A DNA stretch of 64,000 nucleotides from Vulcanimicrobiota bacterium. Lineage in GTDB: Bacteria > Vulcanimicrobiota > Vulcanimicrobiia > Eremiobacterales > Eremiobacteraceae. The notes beneath the pieces were generated by a model that did not search any database, was not told the DNA's origin, and saw only the letters and a program-made list of their open reading frames with translations. The position numbers and the translations under genes were made by a program. Of the stretch, positions 49,275 through 59,575 are shown in pieces. The stretch lies in assembly GCA_963812135.1 (NCBI GenBank), contig CAWETU010000001.1, positions 1 through 64,000 of the forward strand. Reading direction: 5' to 3'. Within the stretch, counting starts at the first letter, position 1, and each line of letters begins with the position of its first letter.

Positions 49275-49373
49275 CTAGTCTATTTGTTCCCGGGCGCGCG
49301 CCCGGGTATGCCCTCTTCTGAAGATAGGCCGGGTCGCGAGCGACCTGGCCACGCGCCGTTTCGGAGGTATTAG

Positions 49374-52300
49374 TTGGCGACGTCGCTTGGTCCCCTCATC
49401 GCGCGCATTGTGACGAACGCATCCGATGCGATCGCCCGCGCCGCCCAAGCGGTCGGCGCGCGTGCGGGCGTCGATGTGACCGAGACAACAGCGGCGGCAC
49501 GCCCGCCGGCAGTCGCAGCGTTGTGGCGCTCGCTTGGCGGCGTGCTCATCGTCTGGTGCGCGACGCCCGACAGCGCTGACCGGTTTGCCAACGATGCTTC
49601 CTTCTATCTCGACGATGCCGGCGACGTCGTGCGGGTGCTGCGTCCGCGCGACCGCGCAAATGCCGGCTTGTTCAATCCGACGGAGCGCAGCGCGCGGATC
49701 GAGACGCTCAGCGCGCTCGCCTCGGGCCAGCCAGGCATTTATTGCTTGCCGCATGCGAGCATGCGCCAGCCGCTGCCATCGCCGCAGCGCTTGCGCGATC
49801 TTTCGTTTGAGTTGCGCGCCGGACAGGACTACGCATGGGAGGATCTGCTCGCACGCCTCGTCGCGCTCGGATACGATCGCGTCGAGATCGTGAGCGCGGT
49901 CGGCGAGTTCACCGTGCGCGGCGGTTTGATCGACCTGTTCCCAGCGACCGCCGATCGTCCGATCCGCCTCGAGTTCTTCGGCGACACGTTGGAGAGCATC
50001 CGCGAGTTCTCGTTGTCGGATCAACGCTCGATCGATTCCATCGATGCATCGCTCGTCGCGCCTTGGAATGAAGACGTGCTGGCCAACGACGGCGCCTTCG
50101 TCGGCGACTACGCACCGTCAGCGCCAGTGGTCGTGGACGACGCCGAAATGATCGTCGCGATCGATCACGGCCTGGCCACCGAACACGACGACGGAACCAT
50201 CGCCGCGGCGGACGATGACGGCTCCACCACTGCGACCACGTCTACACGGGGAACGGCGGGGAACAGCGGGATAGTTTCCCTCCCCGCCTCGGCTCCGGCG
50301 GCTCTCGCCGCCTCCGACGTCCCCGCTCCTGACGCGGTCGCAGTGGTGGAGCCGACACCGTTCAGCCTTGGCGACATCTCGAAGCGTCTCGATGAGCGCC
50401 CGTTCGTGAACTTCGCGACTTCAGCTCCGCGTATCGCTCGTGCCGCAGACTTGACGATGGCCCTGCCGTCAGTCCCAGCACCGATCTTCAATCGCAGCAT
50501 GGAACGCTTCGTCAGCGATGTGCGTGCGCGCGTCGCGGCGGGCGAGCTGGTCGCGATCGCATCGGTCGGTCATCGCCGCATCCGCGAGGTGCTCGACGAA
50601 CACGATGTCGCCGTCTCTCCGCCGCCCAAAACGTGGAAGCGCGGCGACGGCGGCCGTGTCGTCGTGGCTGAAGGCGCGATCGATGCGGGCTTTGAGTTCA
50701 CGCAAGCCGGCATCGTCGTGCTGGGCGACGCGGAGCTGTTCGGACACCCGGCACGCCGTCAGAAGATCAGAGCCGTTAAAGAAGGCGTGCCCATCACCGA
50801 AGCCGATCTCAAAGTCGGCGAGTACTTCGTGCACGCCAACCACGGCATCGGGCAATATCTCGGACTCGAGCACATCGTCGTCAACGACGTCGGGCGCGAC
50901 TTCATGGCGCTCAAGTACGCCGGCGCGGATCGCCTCTACGTGCCGGTCGAGATGATGCATCTCGTGCGCCGCTACGTCGCCGGCGACGGCGCGCCGCCCG
51001 CCCTTTCGAAGATGGGCGGCAGCGATTGGGCCCGCGCGCGATCGCGCGTGCGCGAAGCGGTCGAGAAAATCGCCGAGGGTCTCGTGCGGCTGTACGCGGA
51101 GCGCGAGGCCGCACAAGGTCATTCGTTCGCGCCGGACTCGCCGTGGCAGGCCGAACTCGAAGAGTCTTTCCCCTACGATGAGACGCCGGATCAGCGCGCG
51201 GCGATCGAGGCGGTGAAGCACGACATGGAGCGCCCGCGCCCGATGGATCGGCTCGTGTGCGGCGACGTCGGCTACGGCAAGACCGAAGTCGCGATCCGCG
51301 CCGCGTTCAAGGCGATCATGGACCGCAAGCAAGTCGCGGTGCTCGTGCCGACGACCGTGCTCGCCGCGCAGCACTACCGCACGTTCACCGAGCGCTTTGC
51401 GGCGTTTCCCGTCAAGGTCGGCGTGCTGTCGCGGCTGCGTTCCAAGGCAGAACAGAAAGAGACGCTCGCGCAGCTGGCCGATGGCAGCGTCGATCTGGTG
51501 ATCGGCACGCATCGCCTCTTGCAGCGCGACGTCGGCTTCAAGAACCTCGGCCTCGTCATCGTCGATGAAGAACAGCGCTTCGGCGTCGCCCATAAGGAAC
51601 GGCTCAAAGAGCTGCGCCGTTCGGTCGACGTGTTGACGCTCTCAGCCACGCCGATCCCCCGCACGCTGCACATGTCGCTCGTCGGCGTGCGCGATCTGTC
51701 ACTGATCCAAACGGCACCTATCAACCGCATGGCGGTCAAGACGATCGTGACGTCGACGAGCGACGCGCTCATCGCTTCGGCGTTGCACCAAGAACTCGAT
51801 CGCGGCGGCCAGGTGTATTTCGTCCACAATCGCATCGAATCGATCTATGGCATCCGCGACGCGCTCCAGGCGCTTGCGCCGCGCGCGCGCATCGCCGTCG
51901 GGCACGGTCAGATGAACGAGCACGAGCTTGAAGACGTCATGGTCGGTTTCGTGAACGGCGACTTCGACGTGCTCGTTTCGACCACCATCATCGAGAACGG
52001 GCTCGATATCCCGAACGTCAACACGATCGTCATCAACAACGCCGAGCACTTCGGGCTCGCGCAGTTGTATCAGCTGCGCGGCCGCGTCGGGCGAAGCTCG
52101 CACCAGGCCTACGCCTACTTCCTCTATCAACCGCACCGCGCGTTGTCCGAGACGGCGCAGGCGCGCTTGGAGGCGATCCGCGAGTTCTCGCATCTGGGTT
52201 CGGGACTGCGACTGGCGATGCGCGACCTCGAGATCCGCGGCGCCGGCAACCTGCTCGGGCACGCGCAATCGGGCTTCATCGCGGCGGTCGGGTTCGACGC

Positions 52301-52799
52301 CTACTGCCAGATCCTGGAGGACGCGATCAACGAGTTGCGCGGCCAGCCGCACGCGCCGGACGAGCCGCCGCCGGTGTTGGACCTACGGGTCAGCGCGTAC
52401 ATCCCGAACGACTACGTGCGCGGCGCCAGCCAGAAGATCGGGCTGTATCAGCGGATCGCCGCGGCGCGCACGCTCGAGGCGCTCGCGGGCATCGCCGACG
52501 AGATGCGCGACCGCTACGGCCCGCGCCCCAAAGAAGTCGAAGCGCTCATCGAGCTTGCCCGCCTGCGTTTACTCGCAGCGGGGAAAGGAGTCGAAAAACT
52601 AGCGCTCGAAGGCCGACGATTGACGCTCGAAGTCGGGCGCCGTTTTTCGCTCTCCGAAAGTTCACTTCCGGCTCTGACGTCTCTCACTCGAGGAAACTTC
52701 CGTTTCACTCAGGGCGCGATTGTGGCTCAGCTTCCGCCGCACGACACCGCCGGCGACGGCAAGCTTGCGACTGTACGCGAGATCCTAGCGGCATTGTAA
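49374..52799 (+). CDS. mfd: Transcription-repair coupling factor
   Basis: RBS GGAGG 49363; UvrB-like RGGLIDLFP, VHANHGIG, MDRLVCGDVGYGKTEVA, VDEEQRFGV, LSATPIPRTL, QLRGRVGR, DLEIRGAGNLLG. Confidence 0.96.
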   Translation: MATSLGPLIARIVTNASDAIARAAQAVGARAGVDVTETTAAARPPAVAALWRSLGGVLIVWCATPDSADRFANDASFYLDDAGDVVRVLRPRDRANAGLFNPTERSARIETLSALASGQPGIYCLPHASMRQPLPSPQRLRDLSFELRAGQDYAWEDLLARLVALGYDRVEIVSAVGEFTVRGGLIDLFPATADRPIRLEFFGDTLESIREFSLSDQRSIDSIDASLVAPWNEDVLANDGAFVGDYAPSAPVVVDDAEMIVAIDHGLATEHDDGTIAAADDDGSTTATTSTRGTAGNSGIVSLPASAPAALAASDVPAPDAVAVVEPTPFSLGDISKRLDERPFVNFATSAPRIARAADLTMALPSVPAPIFNRSMERFVSDVRARVAAGELVAIASVGHRRIREVLDEHDVAVSPPPKTWKRGDGGRVVVAEGAIDAGFEFTQAGIVVLGDAELFGHPARRQKIRAVKEGVPITEADLKVGEYFVHANHGIGQYLGLEHIVVNDVGRDFMALKYAGADRLYVPVEMMHLVRRYVAGDGAPPALSKMGGSDWARARSRVREAVEKIAEGLVRLYAEREAAQGHSFAPDSPWQAELEESFPYDETPDQRAAIEAVKHDMERPRPMDRLVCGDVGYGKTEVAIRAAFKAIMDRKQVAVLVPTTVLAAQHYRTFTERFAAFPVKVGVLSRLRSKAEQKETLAQLADGSVDLVIGTHRLLQRDVGFKNLGLVIVDEEQRFGVAHKERLKELRRSVDVLTLSATPIPRTLHMSLVGVRDLSLIQTAPINRMAVKTIVTSTSDALIASALHQELDRGGQVYFVHNRIESIYGIRDALQALAPRARIAVGHGQMNEHELEDVMVGFVNGDFDVLVSTTIIENGLDIPNVNTIVINNAEHFGLAQLYQLRGRVGRSSHQAYAYFLYQPHRALSETAQARLEAIREFSHLGSGLRLAMRDLEIRGAGNLLGHAQSGFIAAVGFDAYCQILEDAINELRGQPHAPDEPPPVLDLRVSAYIPNDYVRGASQKIGLYQRIAAARTLEALAGIADEMRDRYGPRPKEVEALIELARLRLLAAGKGVEKLALEGRRLTLEVGRRFSLSESSLPALTSLTRGNFRFTQGAIVAQLPPHDTAGDGKLATVREILAAL
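50219..50354. repeat. 136-bp palindromic/MITE-like element in frame within mfd
   Basis: Arms 50219-50242 cggctccaccactgcgaccacgtc and 50331-50354 gacgcggtcgcagtggtggagccg are reverse complements at 23/24 positions; nested internal hairpins. Confidence 0.75.
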
Positions 52800-52810
52800 T
52801 TGGAGGAAGA

Positions 52811-53743
52811 ATGAATTCCAGGTTCGCGACGTTCGCATCGCTCTCGCTCGCCGCATGCGCGGTGCTGCTGATGACGGGATGCGGCGACCAGAAGGCCATC
52901 GCGACGGTCAACGGCCAGAAGATCACCAAGGGCGAGTTCGACGCAAAGCTCGAGCAGCAGGGCGGCAAGGCCGCGCTGCAGTCGATGGTGACCCAAGACC
53001 TCGTGTTCCAATACGCCAAAGATCACAACATCACGGTCAGCGACCAGGAAGTGACCGACAAGCTCAACGAGATCCAGCAGCACTTCCCGCCCGGCCAGTT
53101 CGAGTCGATGCTCAAATCGCAGGGCATCACGATGGACGACGCGCGCAAGCTCGTGCGTGAGAACCTGCTGACGACCAAGGCCGTCGATCAGAACATCAAC
53201 GTGACCGACGCACAAGTCAACGCGTATCTCCAGCAGCAGCACCTGGTCATCGGCCAGCCGTCGCAAGTGCGCGCGCGCCACATCTTGGTCAAGACCAAGG
53301 CGGAAGCCGACAATGTCGAAGCGCAGCTGAAAAAGGGCGGCGATTTCGCGGCGCTCGCGAAGCAGTACTCGCAAGACCCGGGGACCAAGGACAAGGGCGG
53401 TGAGCTCGGCTGGTTCGGACCCGGCCAGATGGTGCCTGCGTTCCAGAACGCGGCATTTGCCATGAAGCCCGGTCAGATCAGCGCGCCGGTCCAGACACCG
53501 TTCGGTTGGCACGTCATCCAGGTCGAAGAGACCAAGCCGCTGACCAAAGACGCTGCGGTGACGCAGATCAAGAAGCAGCAAGAGCAGCTGCAGATCACTC
53601 CGTTCATGACGCAGTTGCGGACGAGCGCGAAGATCGAGATCGAGGATCCGCGGTATCAGGATCTCTTCCCGAGTCCGCCTCCGACGGCACCGGTCGCTCC
53701 GGCGCCGGCCCCGGCAAGCCCAGCTCCGACACCGAAGAAGTAA
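52811..53743 (+). CDS. prsA: PrsA-like parvulin peptidyl-prolyl isomerase lipoprotein
   Basis: RBS GGAGG; lipobox MTGC; VRARHILV, DFAALAKQYSQD, GGELGWF, MVPAF, PVQTPFGWHVI. Confidence 0.9.
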   Translation: MNSRFATFASLSLAACAVLLMTGCGDQKAIATVNGQKITKGEFDAKLEQQGGKAALQSMVTQDLVFQYAKDHNITVSDQEVTDKLNEIQQHFPPGQFESMLKSQGITMDDARKLVRENLLTTKAVDQNINVTDAQVNAYLQQQHLVIGQPSQVRARHILVKTKAEADNVEAQLKKGGDFAALAKQYSQDPGTKDKGGELGWFGPGQMVPAFQNAAFAMKPGQISAPVQTPFGWHVIQVEETKPLTKDAAVTQIKKQQEQLQITPFMTQLRTSAKIEIEDPRYQDLFPSPPPTAPVAPAPAPASPAPTPKK

Positions 53744-53755
53744 CAGACCCGAGAC

Positions 53756-53791
53756 AAAGAAGAGCGCGGATTTCCGCGCTTTTCTTTTTTT
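53756..53791 (+). terminator. Rho-independent terminator after prsA
   Basis: Stem gcgcgga-tt-tccgcgc followed by ttttcttttttt and preceded by an A-rich tract. Confidence 0.85.
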
Positions 53792-53829
53792 GGAGGCGCT
53801 CGCCCACGCCTCGCGTAACTTTTGGTTCC

Positions 53830-55023
53830 ATGCCCACGCTTGCCATCGTCGGCCTCGGGCCGAGCGATAGCTCACTCCTTACACTCGGCGCGCTCGAACG
53901 TCTCCGAAAGGCTCCACGAACCGCGGTCTGCGCCGTTCCCGCATCCGTCTCCGACTACTTGCGTTCGAAGAACGTCAATGTCGTGCCGACGACGTTCGAG
54001 GGCGCTGCGTTGCTGCGCGGCGTCCCCGAAGCGATCCGTGCTGTCGTCGAATTCGCGCGCGCGGGCGACGCAGCGCTCGGCGTTCCCGGCCATCCGATGC
54101 TCGATTTCCCTGGCCTGCCGCATCTGCTGCGCGCATTGGAAGCCGCGAAGATCGACGTCGAACTCGTGCCCGGCGTGCCGCGCGCCTCATTGCAGGCCGC
54201 CACCGCGGCGCCGCTCGTGCCGTTGCCGCCAATCGCCGCGAGTCATTCGTGGGAAGAGCTCGTCGAGATCATGACGCGCTTGCGCGCATGCTGTCCGTGG
54301 GATCGCGAGCAGACGCATCAGACGTTGCTGCCCTACCTCATCGAAGAGGCGCACGAAGTCGTCGAAGCCGTCGACGAAGCCGACCCGAAGAAGCTATGCG
54401 GCGAGCTCGGCGACCTGCTCCTTCAAATCGTGTTCCATTCGCAGATCGCCGCCGAGAAAGGCCAGTTCAGCGTGGCCGACGTGATCAACGCACTGGCGGA
54501 GAAGATGATCCGCCGTCATCCGCACGTGTTCGGCGACGCGAGCATCTCGACGTCGCAAGAGCAGATGAAGTCCTGGGAGCTCATCAAGACCAAGGAAGCC
54601 GGCCACACGCATCGCGAGTCGCTGCTCGACGGCATCCCGAAGAGCTTGCCCTCGCTGCTCGGCGCGCAGCGCCTGCAAGAGAAAGCCGCGACCGTCAATT
54701 TCGACTGGCCCAAGACAGAGGGCGTGGTCGAGAAAGTCGACGAGGAGTTGGACGAGCTGCGCACGGCGGTCGACAGCGGCGAGCACGCGCACATCCGTGA
54801 GGAACTCGGCGACGTCTTCTTCACCCTGGTGAATCTCGCGCGCCGGCTCGGCGTGGACGCCGAAGCGGCGCTGCGCTCGGCGAACGTCAAGTTCCGCGAG
54901 CGCTTCGCATCCATGGAGCGCATGGCCGGCGGGGGCGCCACCGCGCTCGCCGGTCGCAGCCTCGAAGACCTCGACGTGTTGTGGAAGCGCGCGAAGGATC
55001 ATGAGACTGGACAAGTTTCTTAA
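53830..55023 (+). CDS. mazG: MazG nucleoside triphosphate pyrophosphohydrolase with YabN-like N-terminal methylase-type domain
   Basis: IVGLGP N-terminus; CPWDREQTH, LIEEAHE, ELGDLLLQIVFH, KMIRRHPHVFG, FDW, EELGDVFF. Confidence 0.92.
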   Translation: MPTLAIVGLGPSDSSLLTLGALERLRKAPRTAVCAVPASVSDYLRSKNVNVVPTTFEGAALLRGVPEAIRAVVEFARAGDAALGVPGHPMLDFPGLPHLLRALEAAKIDVELVPGVPRASLQAATAAPLVPLPPIAASHSWEELVEIMTRLRACCPWDREQTHQTLLPYLIEEAHEVVEAVDEADPKKLCGELGDLLLQIVFHSQIAAEKGQFSVADVINALAEKMIRRHPHVFGDASISTSQEQMKSWELIKTKEAGHTHRESLLDGIPKSLPSLLGAQRLQEKAATVNFDWPKTEGVVEKVDEELDELRTAVDSGEHAHIREELGDVFFTLVNLARRLGVDAEAALRSANVKFRERFASMERMAGGGATALAGRSLEDLDVLWKRAKDHETGQVS

Positions 55024-55261
55024 AGTCTCGCGCTTGGCCAAACGGCGCACCGACGCCAAAGAAGCGCTCGACGCAGGACGCATCGAGCTCGGCGGGCGGG
55101 CGGTAAAGCCTGCGCACTCGGTGAAGGTAGGCGATGAGCTGCTCATCCACTATGCGTCGCGTGACGTGCGGGTACGCATCCTGGCCCTGCCCGAGCGGCC
55201 GGGCGCCCGCGTGAAACCAGAATCCTTGTACACGGTGCTCGAAGAGCGCAAGACGGCCTAG
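55001..55261 (+). CDS. S4-domain RNA-binding protein (YabO/RqcP/Hsp15 family)
   Basis: MRLDKFLKVSRLAKRRT.AKE...GRI....VKP...VKVGD; position after mazG as in Firmicutes. Confidence 0.88.
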   Translation: MRLDKFLKVSRLAKRRTDAKEALDAGRIELGGRAVKPAHSVKVGDELLIHYASRDVRVRILALPERPGARVKPESLYTVLEERKTA

Positions 55262-55268
55262 GGGAACT

Positions 55269-56429
55269 TTGCGAATCGATCCGCTCACGATCGGCATGTT
55301 CGCCGATTCGTTCACGCCTGAGATCAACGGCGTCGTCACGTCGCTCGTCAGCTCGACGCGCGAGCTGCGTCGGCGTGGCCACCGCGTCATCATCATCGCA
55401 CCGTCGCACGAAGGCGCGGTCGACGATGATCCCGATGTCTTCCGGCTGCGCTCGTCGCCCTTCCCCTTCTATCCGCAGTTCCGCATGGCGTTCCCGCTGC
55501 CCGCCAAACTGCTGGCAACGCTGCCGCGCATGCCGTTCGACGTCATCCATGCGCATTCGATGTTCTTCATCGGCTGCTTGGGCGCGTATTTGGCGCAGTT
55601 CCGCAGGATGCCGTTGCTGTTCACCTACCACACGCTGTGGACCGAATACGCCCACTACGTGCCAGTCGATCCCGGCTTCACACGCTCGCAAGTCGTCTGG
55701 GTCTCGCGCGAGTTCTGCAACCGAGCCACCCGCGTTATCGCGCCGACCGAGGGCATCCGCGATCTGCTCGCCTCGTACGGCGTCGAGCGGCCGGCCGTCG
55801 TGCTGCCCAGCGGCGTCGACATCTCGGTCTTCGACTCCAGCGTCGCGCAAGCGCCGCGCATCCGCGCGGGCGGCGGACCGATCGCGCTGTTCGTCGGGCG
55901 GCTCGGCAAAGAGAAAAACGTCGATCTCGTGCTCGACGCCTTCGACGTCGCCGCGCGGCGCATCCAAGACCTGCGGCTGTTCATCGTGGGATCCGGACCG
56001 CACGAAGAAGCGCTGCGCCACCATGCGAATAGATTGCCTTCGTCGCCGCGCATCCGCTTCACCGGCGCGCTCGATCAGCACGAGCTGGGCGCGTATTACG
56101 CCGCGGCTGATGTGTTCGTGTTCGCGTCGACGACCGAGACGCAAGGTCTCGTGCTGCTCGAAGCGATGACGCACGGCGTGCCGGTGGCGACCGTCGATTG
56201 CGCGGTGACGCGCGAAGTCGTGACCGGCGAGTCCGGCATCCTGACGCGAGAGACGCCGCAAGATCTCGGCGATGCGATCGCGGCCCTCGTGCGCGCGGGT
56301 GAGGACGAACGGCGGCAGCGCATCATGGCCGCGAAGAACGTCGCGCGGCCCTATTCGCTTGAGGCGCTCACCGACAAGCTCGAAGCGCAGTACGCACAAG
56401 TGCGCGCGCAGGCGTCAGCGGCGCTCTAG
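55269..56429 (+). CDS. GT4 glycosyltransferase (diacylglycerol glucosyltransferase-like)
   Basis: IGMFADSFTPEINGVVTS, HAHS, FTYHT, FVGRLGKEKN, FASTTETQGLVLLEAM. Confidence 0.88.
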   Translation: MRIDPLTIGMFADSFTPEINGVVTSLVSSTRELRRRGHRVIIIAPSHEGAVDDDPDVFRLRSSPFPFYPQFRMAFPLPAKLLATLPRMPFDVIHAHSMFFIGCLGAYLAQFRRMPLLFTYHTLWTEYAHYVPVDPGFTRSQVVWVSREFCNRATRVIAPTEGIRDLLASYGVERPAVVLPSGVDISVFDSSVAQAPRIRAGGGPIALFVGRLGKEKNVDLVLDAFDVAARRIQDLRLFIVGSGPHEEALRHHANRLPSSPRIRFTGALDQHELGAYYAAADVFVFASTTETQGLVLLEAMTHGVPVATVDCAVTREVVTGESGILTRETPQDLGDAIAALVRAGEDERRQRIMAAKNVARPYSLEALTDKLEAQYAQVRAQASAAL

Positions 56430-56439
56430 ATCTTCCGAC

Positions 56440-57273
56440 GTGTTCTCGACGGATGCCAAAGACGAGATCGCCGCGGTCGCGTTCGAGCGTCCGTGCTGCC
56501 CCGCGAACTTCATCCGCGCGCTCGCCGCGTTCTCGGGCGGCGGGCGTTCGCGCATCGTCTCCACCGATCGCGCCGCCGTCGTTCGCGCGGCTCTGCGAGC
56601 CGCGAAGCTCGCCGGCATTCCGCTCGAGACAACCGCACCGGCGAGCGGACGTCTCCGGCGCGGCTCCATACGTGTAGCCAGCCACGGGTCGGTGCCCGTC
56701 ACGGGAAAGCTCCCCGCGCGCACGTGTTGCCGGCGCGCGTGGCTGCGCGCCGCGTTCCTCGCGTGCGGATCGGTGTCCGATCCGCACAAGGGGTATCATC
56801 TGGAGTTCGTCTGCCCTGACGACGATCGCGCTCGCAGCCTGACGCAAGGTCTCGCGGCGCTCGGCATCGATGCGGGCGTTTCGCGCCGGCGGCGGCGACC
56901 GGTCGTGTACGTCAAAGGAGCGCCGGCGGTCGTGGAACTGCTCGGCCAGATGGGCGCGACGCGCGCGATGCTGGCCCTCGACGATCTGCTTGCGGTGCGT
57001 TACACGAAAAACGTCACGCGCCGGCGCGTCAACAGCGAAGCGGCGAATGCGGCGCGCGCCGCAGCGACCAGCGTGCGGCAACGCGCGGCGGCGTTGCGCA
57101 TGATGCGCGGATCGCGCGTGCGGCGCTTGAGCGCGGCGCTGCGCGAAGCGGCGCATCTGCGCATCGCGCACCCCGACTACACGCTGGCCGAGCTCGCGGC
57201 GCGCGCCAAGCCGCCGGTGAGCAAAGCCGCCATGGCGTACCGGCTTCGCCAGATCGAGCGATTAGCGTCGTAG
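56440..57273 (+). CDS. whiA: DNA-binding protein WhiA
   Basis: [70 protein letters not shown]. Confidence 0.9.
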   Translation: MFSTDAKDEIAAVAFERPCCPANFIRALAAFSGGGRSRIVSTDRAAVVRAALRAAKLAGIPLETTAPASGRLRRGSIRVASHGSVPVTGKLPARTCCRRAWLRAAFLACGSVSDPHKGYHLEFVCPDDDRARSLTQGLAALGIDAGVSRRRRRPVVYVKGAPAVVELLGQMGATRAMLALDDLLAVRYTKNVTRRRVNSEAANAARAAATSVRQRAAALRMMRGSRVRRLSAALREAAHLRIAHPDYTLAELAARAKPPVSKAAMAYRLRQIERLAS

Positions 57274-57294
57274 CTGCGCACGGAACGGCACGCG

Positions 57295-57319
57295 ACCGTC
57301 GAATGGATTCGACCGCTCC
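57295..57319 (-). repeat. REP-like palindromic element copy 4 (intergenic, whiA-gap)
   Basis: Minus strand reads GGAG C GGTCGAAT CC ATTCGACG GT. Confidence 0.7.
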
Positions 57320-57362
57320 AGCCCGTATATTGAGCCCCCGCACACCTTCAGGAGGACACGCT

Positions 57363-58381
<1,019 letters not shown>

Positions 58382-58385
<4 letters not shown>

Positions 58386-59575
58386 CCAAAGGCATCAGCG
58401 AGCTCGACGTCCGCGGCAAGCGGGTGCTCGTGCGCGAGGACCTCAACGTACCGCTGTCGGCGGACGGCCAGGTCGCAGACGACACGCGGATCGTCGCCGC
58501 GGTGCCGACGCTGCGCAACCTGAGCGACCGCGGCGCCAAGGTGATCGTCATGTCGCACCTCGGCCGCCCCGACGGAAAGGTCGTCGAGTCGCTGCGCATG
58601 GCGCCGGTCGCTAAGGCGTTGGCCGCTGCGCTCGGCAAGCCGGTGAAGACCGCAGATGACAGCGTAGGGCCTGCCGTGCAGGCGGCGGTCGCGGCGCTCG
58701 CCGACGGCGACGTCTTGCTGCTGGAGAACGTGCGCTTCCACCCCGAGGAAGAGGCCAACGATCCGGAGTTCGCGCGCCAGCTCGCCTCGCTCGGCGATGT
58801 CTACGTCAACGACGCGTTCGGCACGGCGCACCGGGCGCACGCGTCCACGGTCGGAATCACCGCGTATCTTCCTTCTTATATGGGGCCGCTGCTCGAGCGC
58901 GAGCTCGACGTGCTCGACGAGATCCTCGAGCGGCCGAGACGGCCTTTCGTGGCGGTGTTGGGCGGCGCGAAGGTATCGGACAAGATCGGCGTCATCACGC
59001 GCCTGATGCAGATATGCGACGCGATCCTCATCGGCGGCGGCATGGCAAACACGTTGCTTGCAGCTGAAGGCTTCGAAGTCGGCAAATCGCTGCGCGACCC
59101 GGACCTCGGACCGGCCAAGCAGATCCGAGCGGAGATCGACCACAAGGCGACCCGCGTCGAGGTGCTCTTGCCCGAGGATGCGGTCGTCGCCAAAGAGCTC
59201 AAGCCCGATGCCGAGACGCGCTTCGCCGAGGTCGACGACATCCGGCCCGATGAGATGATCTTGGACATCGGCCCGACGACGGCGGAGAAATTCCGCGGCG
59301 TCATCTTGGACGCGAAGACGGTGCTGTGGAACGGCCCGATGGGCGTCTTCGAGATAGATGCCTTCGCGGCCGGCACCGAAGCGGTGGGGCAGGCGATCGC
59401 GGACTCGGGCGCGATGTCGGTCGTGGGCGGCGGCGACACGGCGGCCGCGGCGAAGAAACTTGGCTTCGCCGACAAGATGACGCACATCTCGACCGGCGGC
59501 GGCGCGACACTGGAATACATCGAGGGCAAAGAATTGCCGGGCGTGGCCGCGTTACGCAGTGCGGCGAGCGCATGA
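58382..59575 (+). CDS. pgk: Phosphoglycerate kinase
   Basis: [62 protein letters not shown]. Confidence 0.97.

Noticed and set aside
50219..50229. cggctccacca resembles a tRNA-Ala/tmRNA 3' end (possible att site)
   Set aside because: No upstream T-arm (GTTCGA) or cloverleaf and no integrase nearby. It is explained as part of the inverted repeat arm.
57303..57362. ATG 57303 as the start of gap
   Set aside because: This ATG comes from the REP-like copy. The strong RBS AGGAGG points to TTG 57363, matching normal GAPDH length.
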